Shown in pieces: positions 1 through 10,914 of a DNA stretch of 64,000 nucleotides (position 1 is its first letter; each line of letters starts with the position of its first letter). Made by a program: the position numbers and the translations under genes. The DNA lies in the NCBI RefSeq assembly GCF_036971445.1, contig NC_091476.1, positions 64,914,001-64,978,000 on the forward strand. Direction: 5' to 3'. Origin of the DNA: Narcine bancroftii (Eukaryota). The notes under the pieces were generated by a model that saw only the letters and a program-made list of their open reading frames with translations, did not search any database and was not told where the DNA came from.

Positions 1-209
1 CTTGCTGCATGTCTAACAAAAAAACACCAGTCTCAAGCAATTGTCAAATAAAAAGGTAAAAAATACCAAAGTTGACATTTGGTGCCCTTCCCCTAGTGGT
101 TAGTTTGCTAATCAGGCAACACGCAATCTCAAGCAACCGGCAAGTACACTAATCTGACATCTACTCATCCCTGGATGAGTAGGTTCTGGATACTCGGGGG
201 GTTTTACTG
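1..209. mobile_element. Right end of a Tigger/pogo-like DNA transposon or MITE
   Basis: Ends GGGGGTTTTACTG followed by TA (reverse complement TA|CAGTAAAACCCC), a TcMar-Tigger-type terminus. Confidence 0.5.
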
Positions 210-319
210 TATTTAGCTTGAAGCTTTAATTAATCTTGCTTTTCAAATTGAATTTTCTATGTTTTAGATACAGGGGATAAATGAAACAATGCACAGATCA
301 ATTCATCTTTTTTTCCTCC

Positions 320-750
320 TTCACCACCATTCGAGACCCCAAACACTCTCTCCAAGTGAAGCAACGCCTCACTTGTGAATCTGCAGTGGTCATCTACTGT
401 ATCCGGTGCTCCCGTTGTGGTCTACTCTACATCGGAGTGACCGGGTGCAGATTGGAAGATTGCTTTGTTGAACACTTCAGCTCCGTGCACTGCAATGGCG
501 TGGATCTCCCAGTGGCCGCCCATTTCAGTTCCCCATCCCATTCCCTTGCTGATGTGCCTGTCAGACTGAGACCCGCAAATTGGAGAAACAACACCTCATC
601 TTCCATCTGGGTATCCTCCAAATAGATGATTTTAATTGCATCCAGTTTTTGTTAGCCTACTTTTTTCTGTCTCCCCCCCCCCCTCCACTCTCCCCTCTTC
701 CCTTCCCCGCTCTCTCCTTCCCCTCTCTGCCTCCCCTCTCTCCCTCACAG
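320..750 (+). mobile_element. Penelope-like element fragment (GIY-YIG endonuclease, decayed)
   Basis: ORF 281-625 contains VIYCIRCSRCGLLYIGVT...L...F.EH...PVAAHF, the CxxC-containing GIY-YIG domain of Penelope elements, followed by a pyrimidine-rich tract. Confidence 0.8.
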
Positions 751-1030
751 TAATGGAGATGTCGCTATTGTTCATTATTTCACTTGTTGGAGGTGATTCA
801 TTTATTTTTCTTTGTTCCTCCTGTTGACTTGGGCCATTCTCCAAATTTCTATTCTGTTTATCTTTGATCAACAGGAGATATTTTTACCTGACTGAACAGT
901 TGCTCATCAGCAATCAGTATTTTTTTAAACAGATGGTGGCCATGCCCTTTGTGTGTAGTATCTTTGAACCAATACCCACTTTACACAATAATATATCTCA
1001 GGCTGTTGATCCAAAATGTCCCAAAATAAT

Positions 1031-1471
1031 AAGATGGTCCCCAACATGCGTCCGAGTTCTGTTCTGATTGTCCGGTCGGATCTTGAAATGGATGCCAGTC
1101 ACTCTGGATCAACACGTTCTTAAACTGGAGCTGCGCTACTTTATCCATGACCCAGCCTGTTCAGCACTGGAAAGACCCATTGTCCACCAGCACCGGGCCT
1201 GTGCTCTCCACCCCCACCTCGAACACTGGGTCCACTACCACCTTCATGTCCTGAAAATAGAACACATTTGGTGGCAATGGAGTCTCGGCACCTGTGGCCA
1301 CTGCCATGTTGGTACATCAACTAAACAGCCCATGGCTCCCCAGAACCTGACACATAATTTTTATATTTACATAGATTTTTTTTCTTTAATTTTTAAAATA
1401 TTTTCAGTATTCTTTTGGTCATATGTACAGATGTTCATAAGTCTCATAGGTTGTAAGTTGGGGACCACCTG
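1031..1471. mobile_element. Tigger-like MITE
   Basis: Degenerate TIRs AAGATGGTCCCCAAC and GTTGGGGACCACCTG, with TA after the right end. Confidence 0.5.
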
Positions 1472-1489
1472 TATTAGCAAAAAAAAGAG

Positions 1490-2000
1490 AAGCTGGAGGA
1501 ACATGGCAGTTTAGGCAGCATCCATGGATAGAAATGTCTGTGTTTTTGGGTCTGGACCCTTAATTAAGATTCATCTACTGTTTGATCTCTAGATCAAAAC
1601 CCAGAAATGTTGGAGGAACTCAGCCGGTTCTTGCAGCGTCCACAGAAGGTAAAGGTGCGACACCAACATTTCAGGGCTGAGCCCTTCCTCAGGCCTGAAA
1701 CGGTTGATAATATATCTTTGCCTCCTATGGAGGCTATGAGACTGGCTGAGTTCCTCCAGTGTTTTTCCATTTTCATTACAATCAGAGTATGTAGACTTCA
1801 TTCAGTTGATCCACTGCGTAATCTCTTTAGGGGATGCCTATCATGAAGAAGTTCTCCTTCTCCCTCAATACCTTGAGGAAGGGCTCAGGCCTGAAACATC
1901 GGTAATATAGATTTAACTCCTATGGATGCTGGGAGACCTGCTGAACTCCTCCAGCATTTCCGTGTTTGACGACAATCACAGTGTTTGGTGTTTCGCTGCT
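1490..2000. mobile_element. Cluster of Penelope terminal-repeat (pLTR) fragments in both orientations
   Basis: Repeated motifs TGCTGGAGGAACTCAGC / GCTGAGTTCCTCCAGCA and GAGGAAGGGCTCAGGCC.GAAAC. The same family recurs near 3210, 3650, 5060, 6010, 6310, 7440 and 8410. Confidence 0.7.
1868..1905 (+). ncRNA. Minimal hammerhead-ribozyme-like motif in a Penelope pLTR (probably decayed)
   Basis: TACC-TTGAGGA-AGG(GCTCAGG)CCT-GAAAC-ATC-GGTA reads as stem I TACC/GGTA, core UUGANGA, stem II, GAAA and an NUH triplet. Confidence 0.5.
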
Positions 2001-2559
2001 CACTTTTCTGGATAATTGACTGTCTGAATGAAATGATGCTACCTGCTTGTGTCATTGCCCATCCTGCAATAATGGCTGCCTTGTCAATAGAGTCATTGGA
2101 TCCAGTTGTCAACTACCATGCTTTTACAGACTGGAAGGAAACTAGTACACCTTCCCACTGTTGCTCATTTGGGTCAGAGGCTGCCAGCTCGGCACAAATG
2201 AGAGGAGAGATGATGATAAGGGGCTCCAATGTAGTTCATAACACATCGGTTACACGATGCACAGGGAATGTTTGTGGGGGAACCTCTGGCTTTTGGCATG
2301 TCACAATAAAAGGGGGTGGGGGGGGATTTGCCTTGCTGCAGAAGGGACAGCTCCTTCACAGCTGCTACTGTTCCATTGAGATAACTCACTGTTGCAGCTG
2401 TATAATAACTAAAGCTCTTGACTGCTTCTGACGTACTCAGGAATGTGATTTGGGGTGAGTTTAGGTCATTGTCCCACAAACTGAAATTTTACAAAACAGG
2501 TGGGAGTCTTACAAGGCTGAACAGCTAAATAAATGGAGTTTATTTGATGCAGCATTTTG

Positions 2560-3100
2560 TCAAGTCTCTATTTATCATTCATACCATGCTTACACGGTAA
2601 AGATGAGATAGTGTTTCTCCAGGACCACATTTACATAGATATAAGTTAGAAGTTAAATGTATTAAAATATTAAGACGTATACTATAAAACTCCACAATTC
2701 ACTATCCATGTGTTCTGAGAATTCAGGATCCTGACAGCTTGGGAGAAAAACTGTTGCCCAATCTGGACATAAGGGCCCGAGTGCTGCAGTACCTCCTACC
2801 AGATGGCAACAGGGAGAACAGTTTATGTGAGGGGTGTGTGGAGTCCTTCACAATGTTTATTTCCTTTCACCTGCATCGTGTGTTGTAGGTGTCCATCACG
2901 GTAGAAAGAGAGCCCCAATGATCTTTTCCGCTGACTTCGCTATCCTCTGCAGGGTCTTGTGGTCCGAGGAGGTACAGCTTCCAAACCAGGCGGTGATATA
3001 GTTGCACAGCAGGCTCTCAATATATCCTCGGTAGAACGTAGTGAGGGTGAGAGATGAATTTGCCTCAGCCTTCACAGGAAGTAGAGGTGCTGCTGTTTTG
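2560..3100 (-). mobile_element. Rex-Babar-type LINE 3' fragment
   Basis: ORF 2896-3159 reads LTTFYRGYIESLLCNYITAWFGSC...LQRIAKSAEKIIG, the C-terminal Rex1/Babar motif. Confidence 0.75.
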
Positions 3101-3199
3101 CCCCTCTGGAGTATTTCTATGCTCTTCAACATCCAAAGAATTGAAAACGGAGTACTCAAGTTATGTATCTTTATCTTTGCAATTTATTCAGGCGCCTCC

Positions 3200-3750
3200 T
3201 GATGTTTTGCTCATACCTTGAGGAAGGGCTCAATTTTTATCTTTGCATCTCTACATCAGTCAGACAGGAAGATGACTTAGCCGAGCACCTTCTCTCTGTC
3301 CGCGTCAATGGTGGGGACCTCCCATTTCAATTCTGCACCTCACTTCTGTGCTGACATCTGTCCACAATTTGGAGCACTGCCAAATCAAGGCCACCTGTAA
3401 ATTAGAGGGGTAACCCCCAATATTCCGTCTGGGCCCTCTCCCAATCGGATGGTATTAACAGTTTCTGCTAGACCACTCTCCATTCTCCCTCTCTTCCCCC
3501 TCCCTCTGTCTCCTTTCCTCCAGCTCTCCACCCCTTCCCTCTCCATTCACAGAGCCATCCTCCCCTCTTGTTTTCTATTGCACCCTCCCTCCCTTATTAC
3601 CTCCTGACTGTGCTCCTCCCCCTACCATTTATTTAGCTCACACATTCAAGAAGGTTTCAAGCCCGAAACGTTGGTTATGTAACTTTATCTTTGCTATTTA
3701 AAGTACAGTGTTTGACCTATTGAGTTACTCCAGCGTTGTGTTTTTTTTAT
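3200..3750 (+). mobile_element. Penelope-like fragment with pLTR copies
   Basis: GAGCACCTTCTCTCTGTCC... is similar to the 320-750 fragment, followed by a C/T-rich tract and a GCCCGAAACGTTGGTTATG pLTR tail. Confidence 0.65.
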
Positions 3751-4159
3751 TTTAAAAGAATTAAAAATGTCGAGTGCCATGGGTGTTTTTTTGCTTAACA
3801 TCTCATCTGTAAATTGACACATTTGACGTGTAACCCTGCCTCCATACACTCCTGGGGATTGTCAAAGTAGGAAGTGGATTTTAGTCTCTGCAATCTGACC
3901 TGAACCCACATTTCTGACTTGCCAATCACTGTACTTCTAATCAGCCAAGGCTGACAATAAAAGCAACCCGTAGGAGCAAGGCATATCAGGTGACCTTACT
4001 TGTAGTAGAGAAGATCTCACACCATTCCTAAAATCATTGACCAGATGATTCTGGCTAGCTCACCCATAAAACCATGTATACGATTTACTCTGTTGCATGT
4101 GATCAGATCCTCCTATGGGCACTGCAAGACCCACTGAGTTCCTCCACCATTTCTAAATT

Positions 4160-4400
4160 TAAATTTTACAGACACAGCGCGGTCATCGGCCCCTTTGGTC
4201 CATGAGCCTATGCCATCCAATTACACCTATTTGATCTACAATCCCAGGTACGTTTTTGAATGGTGGGAGGAAACCGGAGCCCCCAAGGAAAGCCCACGCA
4301 GACACGGGGAGAATGTACAAACTCCTTACGCCCAATGCAGGATTTGAACCCTGGTCCCATTTGCTGGCGCTGTAACAGAATTGTGCTAGCCGTGCCATCC
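4160..4400 (-). mobile_element. tRNA-derived V-SINE (HE1-like)
   Basis: Minus strand shows a B-box-like GGTTCAAATCC, then the V-domain GGAGTTTGTACATTCTCCCCGTGTCTGCGTGGG...CTCCGGTTTCCTCCCAC. Confidence 0.8.
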
Positions 4401-4621
4401 ATTTCTGTGATTTTTTTTTTTTACTTTGATGCATAACCAATCGTTTTAATAAATTCTTGGAACAGTTCCAAGAATTTTTTTATTCAGCGTCTTTTTTTTT
4501 CTTCCTCTCGTGTTGATGTGCGGATCCACAGAAGGCCTATTTCATCCCTCACAAATAGCCCCAGATAGAGCAAAACACCAAAGTGCTTGTGAACCTCCGC
4601 AAGTCATGCATCATCTATTAG

Positions 4622-5030
4622 CAGTGGTTTTCAAATTGTCCTTCCCCTCCCCCCTCCCCCCAACTCACATTCCACCTTAAGCAATCCCTTACCAATCACA
4701 GAGCACTTACATCACAGGGATTGCTTAAGGTGGAATGTGAGTTTGGGGGGGGGGGCAGTTTGAAAGGGGAAAAGAAGGTTGAGAATCACTGCTCTAGACC
4801 CAATTGTTACTGAAATATTTTGCTTGAGAAAAATTGTCATTGGCCAATTTCCTTTGGAGTTCTGAAACCGTGCACATAACGAGTCAATGAGGGGGTGATT
4901 AAAACAGTGGTTTTCAAACCCTTTTTCTTCCCACTCACATACCACCTAAGCAATCCCTTACTAATTAGAGAGCACTTATGGCTTAAGGTGGAATGCAAGT
5001 TTTTTTGGGGGGGCAGTTTGAAAAACATTA
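4622..5030. mobile_element. Composite hAT (Charlie/MER5-like) MITE with two internally palindromic modules
   Basis: CAGTGGTTTTCAAA termini at 4622 and 4905; reverse ends TTGAGAATCACTG (about 4790) and TTTGAAAAACATTA (about 5030); imperfect 8-bp flanks TCTATTAG and TCTATAGG. Confidence 0.65.
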
Positions 5031-5211
5031 TCTATAGGAAGCAAAGCATAACTGTAATTTTGGGACTGAGCCCTTCATTAAGGTACCTGCTGAGTTTCTC
5101 TAGCACTTTTTCGTATTGCACTATTCTCACAGCCCTCTAGATGGTGATTACTGGCATGTGGTTTGCCTGCGGGGAACCAAACCTGACCTTCTCCAGGCTG
5201 ACATTTCATTT

Positions 5212-5981
5212 TACTGGACAATGAAGATGTTGTTTCCTGAACACCTCTGGGTGTACTTTATGGATTTTGGGCTTCTGATCACAAAAATCACCTTAAAATT
5301 GTCCTATTGTATACTATTTTTTAGAAATAATGTATTTTTGTGATTTCCTGTCATCGTTTAAGACTTTGTCAACTAGTGTACTGCCCACACAGTGAGCTGT
5401 TTTGATCAATCCAAGCAGGCCTGGGAACGCACTCAGTGCAGGTGCTATGCAAATGTTGTCTTCGGCTGGGCATGCTTAGTCAGGATAGATGCAGTTTTCT
5501 TCGCAACCACAGAGCACCAAACTACATCCAGTTGATTGACAACAGGCTTCAAGCACACAAAACCCTGAAGTGCAACATGTCATTGAAAATTAATTTTCTA
5601 CATTTGCACTTGGACTTATTCCAGGCAGTCAGTGATGAACATGGTGAAAGGTTTCACCAGGACATTGCGCCCATGGAAAAGTGGTAACCGGGCAACTTGA
5701 ATCCATCAGTGCCGGCTGACAATTGTTGGACACTAACGGAAGAGGCATTAGATGCTGAGTACAAATTGAAAATCATTTTTAGGACAGTTGAACTAATTCA
5801 ATATGTCAGCATCATTATGCGATTAAACATGCTAAATTCAATAAAAGTTAATTTAATGTTTTTCCAACTTCCTACGTGTAGAGCAAATCTGAGATTATCT
5901 TTGTGTTCAGCTTGAAATTGTCTTGCATGATCGCCAATTTTTTTTTCCAGGAAGCAAACTTTTAAAAAGATTTGTCCAATG
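5212..5981 (+). mobile_element. Internally deleted Chapaev3-like (CMC) DNA transposon
   Basis: Transposase C-terminal remnant CNMSLKINFLHLHLD...VSDEHGERFHQDIAPMEK...ADNCWTL; termini TACTGGACAA and TTGTCCAATG. Family name assigned from recalled motif. Confidence 0.65.
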
Positions 5982-6997
5982 ATTAGTGATCAAGAGTGGA
6001 AATCACAAATCATACCTTGAAGAAGGGCACAGGCCCTAATTGCCTTTACTTCGTACAGACACTGCAAGGCCCGGCTGAGTTCCTCCAGGATTTTGGTGTT
6101 TCGACTACAATCACAGCAGCTGCAGATTTTCATGCTTCACTCTGTCTACATTGACCCATTTTCAAAACCAAAAGGTAGCAGAGCTTTGGATGATTACTTG
6201 CTACTGCTTTCTGGCAACAGTTTCTTCACTCAGCAAATTTAGAAACCAGTAAGGGATGCACACAAGCTACCTTGGTGGATAGAATAAACAAGTTTCCCAC
6301 TAAGTAAAAATGCTGGAGAAACTCAGCTGGTCTTTTCAGCATCTGTAGGAGACAGAGCTTCAGGGTGTTTTTACTACAGTCACAGCATCTGCAGCCTATT
6401 GTGATTCCTCTTCCTTGGTAGTGGATGGTTTTCAAAGGGATCATAAAGCTCAAGGAAAAAGCTTGGCAGATTAGAGTGAGAGGTATATAGTCAACAGGAT
6501 AAGTGAGGAGGTCTTAGAATTAATAGCAGGGAGTGGGATGGAAGGGTCTCAAATTGTTACTCTTTTCCTCCCTATAGCTATTGGTGTTTTCATTAGATTA
6601 AAGCAGTTTTGTTATTTTGGGGCTGAACATGGAAAGTAATGTGAGACTGCCCTAGCTTGCTGTGTATCACAGGAGTCACGAGTGGCAAATGCATTCAGCC
6701 CTGTGAAGGCCATTAACAGCTGTCAAAACACAACCTTTTATGCCGAAGAAAACAACCTGTGGAAAAGAACTAATCCAAGTAAACTGCTGTGGTCTTGAGA
6801 CTTCTTTGAATTTAGCGCCAATCGAGGTGAGGAAAAACCCAATTTTGGGAAAACATTTTCACTTCAAGCTAAAAATTTGCAGATCCTCCAGCTCAATATA
6901 AGTTCATTTTGAATGTTATTCCCCTCTTTTCCACATGAATATCTCCCAAAGTGATTTCTCGTACACCCTGGGCTTCCTATTACAAGATTCTATGGTG

Positions 6998-7203
6998 CAG
7001 GGGTGGCAAAACCTGCTTCACGGAAAAGACACATGCGCCACAAAAGCCTCAGATGTTTGAGAGAGACAATAATCAAGCAATCCCAAGCCATGCCAACTAA
7101 AACTGCCATTGTGAGCAGCAGCTCGTACGATTCCTGTCTCAGCTAACATTATATGTCAAAGAGCCGCATGTGGCTCGCCAGCCACGGTTTGGGCACCACC
7201 CTG
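6998..7203. mobile_element. hAT-type MITE
   Basis: CAGGGGTGGCAAA ... GAGCCGCATGTGGCTC...GGGCACCACCCTG termini. Confidence 0.55.
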
Positions 7204-7639
7204 ATATAGAGTGACAGTGAGCCTACAAATAAACTAAGGTGACCATTATAGCTTAGTTGATGATCACACTCCACTAATATAACCAGTTGAAGCAGTAGCA
7301 CAATTAATTGATGCTGTTTCATAGTTCCAGTGACCTGGATTCCATCCTGACCAATGGCAGTGTCTCCCTATGATCACGTGGGTTTTTGCTGGGTAGAGTG
7401 AAACACAAAAGTGTGCAGATACTGTGATAATCACAAAAATTCTGGAGGAAACATAGTAGGTCACACGCAGCGTCCGTAGGAGGTAAAGATATAGAACCAA
7501 AGTTTCTGGCCTGAGCTCTTCAAGTAATGAGCAAAAAGCAGGCAGCTTGTAGAAGGAGGATAGAAAGGGCAGGAGAAAGAGCACAGGCCAACAGAAAAAT
7601 GGCCAGAATTATGTTCTCTGGTTTGTCCTAAACAAGGCC

Positions 7640-8365
7640 GTTAGTCAGAAAATGGCAGTGCTGCCGTTGGTGCAGACCAGTGGGGAGCGAGGAGCGGAGC
7701 AATGCTTTGAAAAGCCCCGTTAAAGGAGCCGATGGTAGTTTCATTTTAAAATCTTGCGACTGCGGGGTCAGCCCAAGATGGCAACGTCTCTGATTGGCAG
7801 CAGCCACAAGGGGGTTGCAAACTCCAAGGGAGTGGAGGACTGGTGCAGGGGCACCAGAAAGCGGTGAGAAGGAAAAGCAGAGGAGATGACCCACAGGACA
7901 GTGACCACAGCGGCGGACCAGTGAGGGGTCTCTGCGGCTGAAAGATCCACGCAACAGCAGGCTGCTGGCAACTTGAGATGGGAAACCTGTGGAGGCTCTG
8001 GGCTGCTGTAGACTGATGTTGGGAGGCCTGCACCATCGGGCTGCGGACTGCTGGAAACTGGCTCGAAGAGGTTCCAGGTATCTGAACCAGGATGCTAAAG
8101 GGTTCCTGACCGTGTCGGAGGTTCAGATCTGGAGCTCAGGTTGCCATTGGTTTGGACTGGACTCTGGGTGGCTGCAGAAGTGCTGGAGGCAAATCTATGG
8201 ACACTTGGTGACCCTGGGGGAACTCTCTTTTGCTTTCTCTGACTGTAAGAGGCATTTCAGGCAATTTCTGCTGATGGCAAATCTGTTTGTCTTACACAGG
8301 CAAAAGCAATTATGTGTTATATGATACTGTTTGGTTACAATGACAATAAATTGAATCTTGAAGTT
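7640..8365 (+). mobile_element. Non-autonomous retroelement with Rex-Babar-type 3' tail (family uncertain)
   Basis: GC-rich 5' part with AAAATGGC/AAGATGGC motifs; 3' end TGACAATAAATTGAATCTTGAA resembles the Rex-Babar tail at about 18815. Confidence 0.4.
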
Positions 8366-8749
8366 GAGTAAAGCGTGAAAGTCTGTGCACGTCATGGTTA
8401 AAGTAAAAACACAATGTTGGAGAAACTCAGCAAGTCAAACAAGAGTACTTTATATGGCAAAAATAAAGATACATAACAAATGTTTCTGGGTTGAGCCCTT
8501 CATCAAATTAGGAGGTTGATTTGCAAGTTGTGTGTGTGTTTTGGGGGGGGGTAGTTGATGGGAATAAAATGGGTTAAGGTTCAATTAGTGCAAGAAGAGA
8601 GGTGCTTAATGGTTGGCGAAGGCTGAAGGGCCAGTTTCCGCATTTTATCCTTATAAATAGAAAAGTGGTCCTTTAGATCTCTTGGCCTTTCCCTGACCAG
8701 GCATGTTGACAGCCTAACCACTAAATTAATTTTACTTGATGGAGATTTA

Positions 8750-9755
8750 GATTTCAATTTTATTGTCAGAGTAACCCTGAGATTGTTTTTCCTGTAGACG
8801 ATGCAGAATTACTATTTATTGGTAGTGGGAAAAAAAAACTGTACTCAACGTACACACGTAAACAAATAAATAAATGTAAACACATTGTGTAATACAGAGG
8901 GGAAAAGATAATAAAAGTGCAAAAGTAAGAGTCCTGATTGAGTTGCTGTTCAGGAGTCTTAATGGAGGGGTAGCAGCTGTTCCTGAACCTGGTGGTGCGA
9001 GTCTTGTGGCACCGATACCTCTTTCCTGATGACAGCGGTGAGAACAGAGCGTAGTGTGGGTCCTTGATTGGGGCTGCAGCTGTCTGACGCAGCGTTCCTT
9101 GTTGATGTTCTTGATGGTGAGGAGGGTTTCACTACCTTATGCTCAAGGACATTGGTGTCCCCGTGCCAGACCACGATGCAGCCAAACAGGATATTTTCCA
9201 CCATACGTCTGTAGAAATTTGCCTCATGCCAAACTCCTGAAGAAGTAGAGGTGCTGATGTGTTTTCTTCATGATGCTATTTGTGTGTTGGGTCCTGGAAA
9301 GATCCTCTGAGATAACAATCAGCAAGCAGCTCCTTGGTTTTGGTGAAATTGTCTGAGGTTGTTGTTGGTGCACCTTTCAGCCAAGTTAACAATCTCCCTC
9401 CTATCTGCTGACTCATCAACCCTTTTTATACAACCCACTACCGCGGTACAATATTGCCAGCCAAATTGTAGATGGCAGTGTTGTTGAACCGAGCATCGTA
9501 GTTGTAGGTGTAAAGTGAATAGAGCAGGGGGCTAAGAATACAGTGCTGTGGTGCTCCAGTACTGATGGAGATTGTGGAGGAGATGTTCTCCCCAATCTTC
9601 ACTGATTGTGGTCTGCAGGCAAGGAAATCTGGAATCCAGTTACACAGTGGGATGTTGAGTCCCATGTCTTAGAGCTTGATAATCAATTTTGAGGGGGTGA
9701 TAGTGTTAAATGCAGGAACTGATGTCAATAAAGAGCATCCTGGTGTATGCATCTT
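8750..9755 (-). mobile_element. Rex-Babar-type LINE, 5'-truncated and decayed
   Basis: [43 protein letters not shown] (RT) and ENILFGCIVVWHG (C-terminal) remnants. Confidence 0.8.
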
Positions 9756-9897
9756 TTATCTGGACCTGGTGCCTTGTTTTGATCCCAGAAACAAAAGGTT
9801 AAGTGAGATGGTGCAGAGGAGTTTAGGCAATGTGACTAATCCAACAGAGTAGAAGAAAAACAGCTCGTAGCTGACAACTGATGGTGTTTCTGAAATG

Positions 9898-10290
9898 GCT
9901 TTTTTTTTATATTTTATTTTTGATTTTACAGACTCGTGCGTTTCAAACAGTACAGGAGAACATTTGTCCCCTTTTACAGAGTATAATATACAGTCTTTTT
10001 TTCCCCTCCTTCCACTCATCAAACCCCTCTCTCCACCTGAAAACAATAAATGAACAAATGCATACAAATTACAAAAAAGAAAATAAAACGCCACAAAATA
10101 ACAAAAAGGTCAGAGAAATAACCTAACATAACACAGGCCAAGAAGATACCTGAGAATCCTAAAGTGCACTGAAAAAACAAAACAAAGAGACAAAATCGGG
10201 TCTCAGAGTAATTTCTTCCATCCTGGCGTTTCAGGACTGGCGTGAACTTACCTTCCACCGATCCTTTTAAAGAAAGTGCAACGTACATGC
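9898..10290 (-). mobile_element. Short 3' end of an L1-clade LINE
   Basis: Poly-T-rich start at about 9900 (the element's A tail), then 3' UTR-like sequence and an ORF2-end remnant (LSLKGSVEGKFTPV). Confidence 0.45.
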
Positions 10291-10739
10291 TTTACTTCCC
10301 CCTCAGATTATGTGCTTTTCTCCAGGGGAGCACAGCTCTGCATCTCCACGTTCCAACATGTGGTGCTCAGCTGTGAATCACACTTCCAGGTAACGGCTAT
10401 ACATTTCCTGGCCACAACCAAAGTGACCTTTGAAAACTGAATTTGATATTTGGACAATCTCAAACTCACATCCATGATATTCCCCAGCAGGAAACAACCT
10501 GAAATGCCTTGTAGAGCCACTGCAGAGCAGCAAGAAAATGAGAGCAAAAGTCACATGTAAGCCAGGCCAGTTAAGGATGGCAGGTTGCTTTCCTCAAATC
10601 CGTTGAGTTTTATTTAAGATGATCTAGATCCTTTTCTGGTAAGTTTTCTTGGTTCTATCCCACCATCAGTCCAAGGTGTGGATCAAGCCTCCCAGCTTTT
10701 GAAATTTGCTGTGTTTCACTGCCCTTCCTTCCCTTCCAG

Positions 10740-10840
10740 TGCCGTGAGCCTGAAGCAAGCACGAGAAGTGAAAGTCCCGTTACCAGCCAAAGTGGCAGCG
10801 ATTTTGTTTCACACTTAAGAGACAAAGACATTACACAAAG
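10740..10840 (+). other. AHNAK: Candidate non-coding 5' UTR exon of AHNAK (101 nt)
   Basis: Strong acceptor GCCCTTCCTTCCCTTCCAG, consensus donor AAG|GTAAGT, no ATG inside, and no recognisable repeat. The ATG exon begins directly at an acceptor, so an upstream non-coding exon is required. Confidence 0.6.
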
Positions 10841-10914
10841 GTAAGTCCTTTTGCATGGTTCTCTTTTGATCTCATTGGTGCAAAAGTGCATGCAGGTGGA
10901 GAATTGTCTTTCCA

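Noticed and set aside
281-625. Host GIY-YIG nuclease or zinc-finger gene
   Set aside because: Decayed and frameshifted, with an adjacent Penelope-type tract and a second copy near 3280.
4330-4400. tRNA gene
   Set aside because: The B-box-like sequence is the head of a V-SINE; no cloverleaf. The same applies at about 30240, 34560 and 38250.
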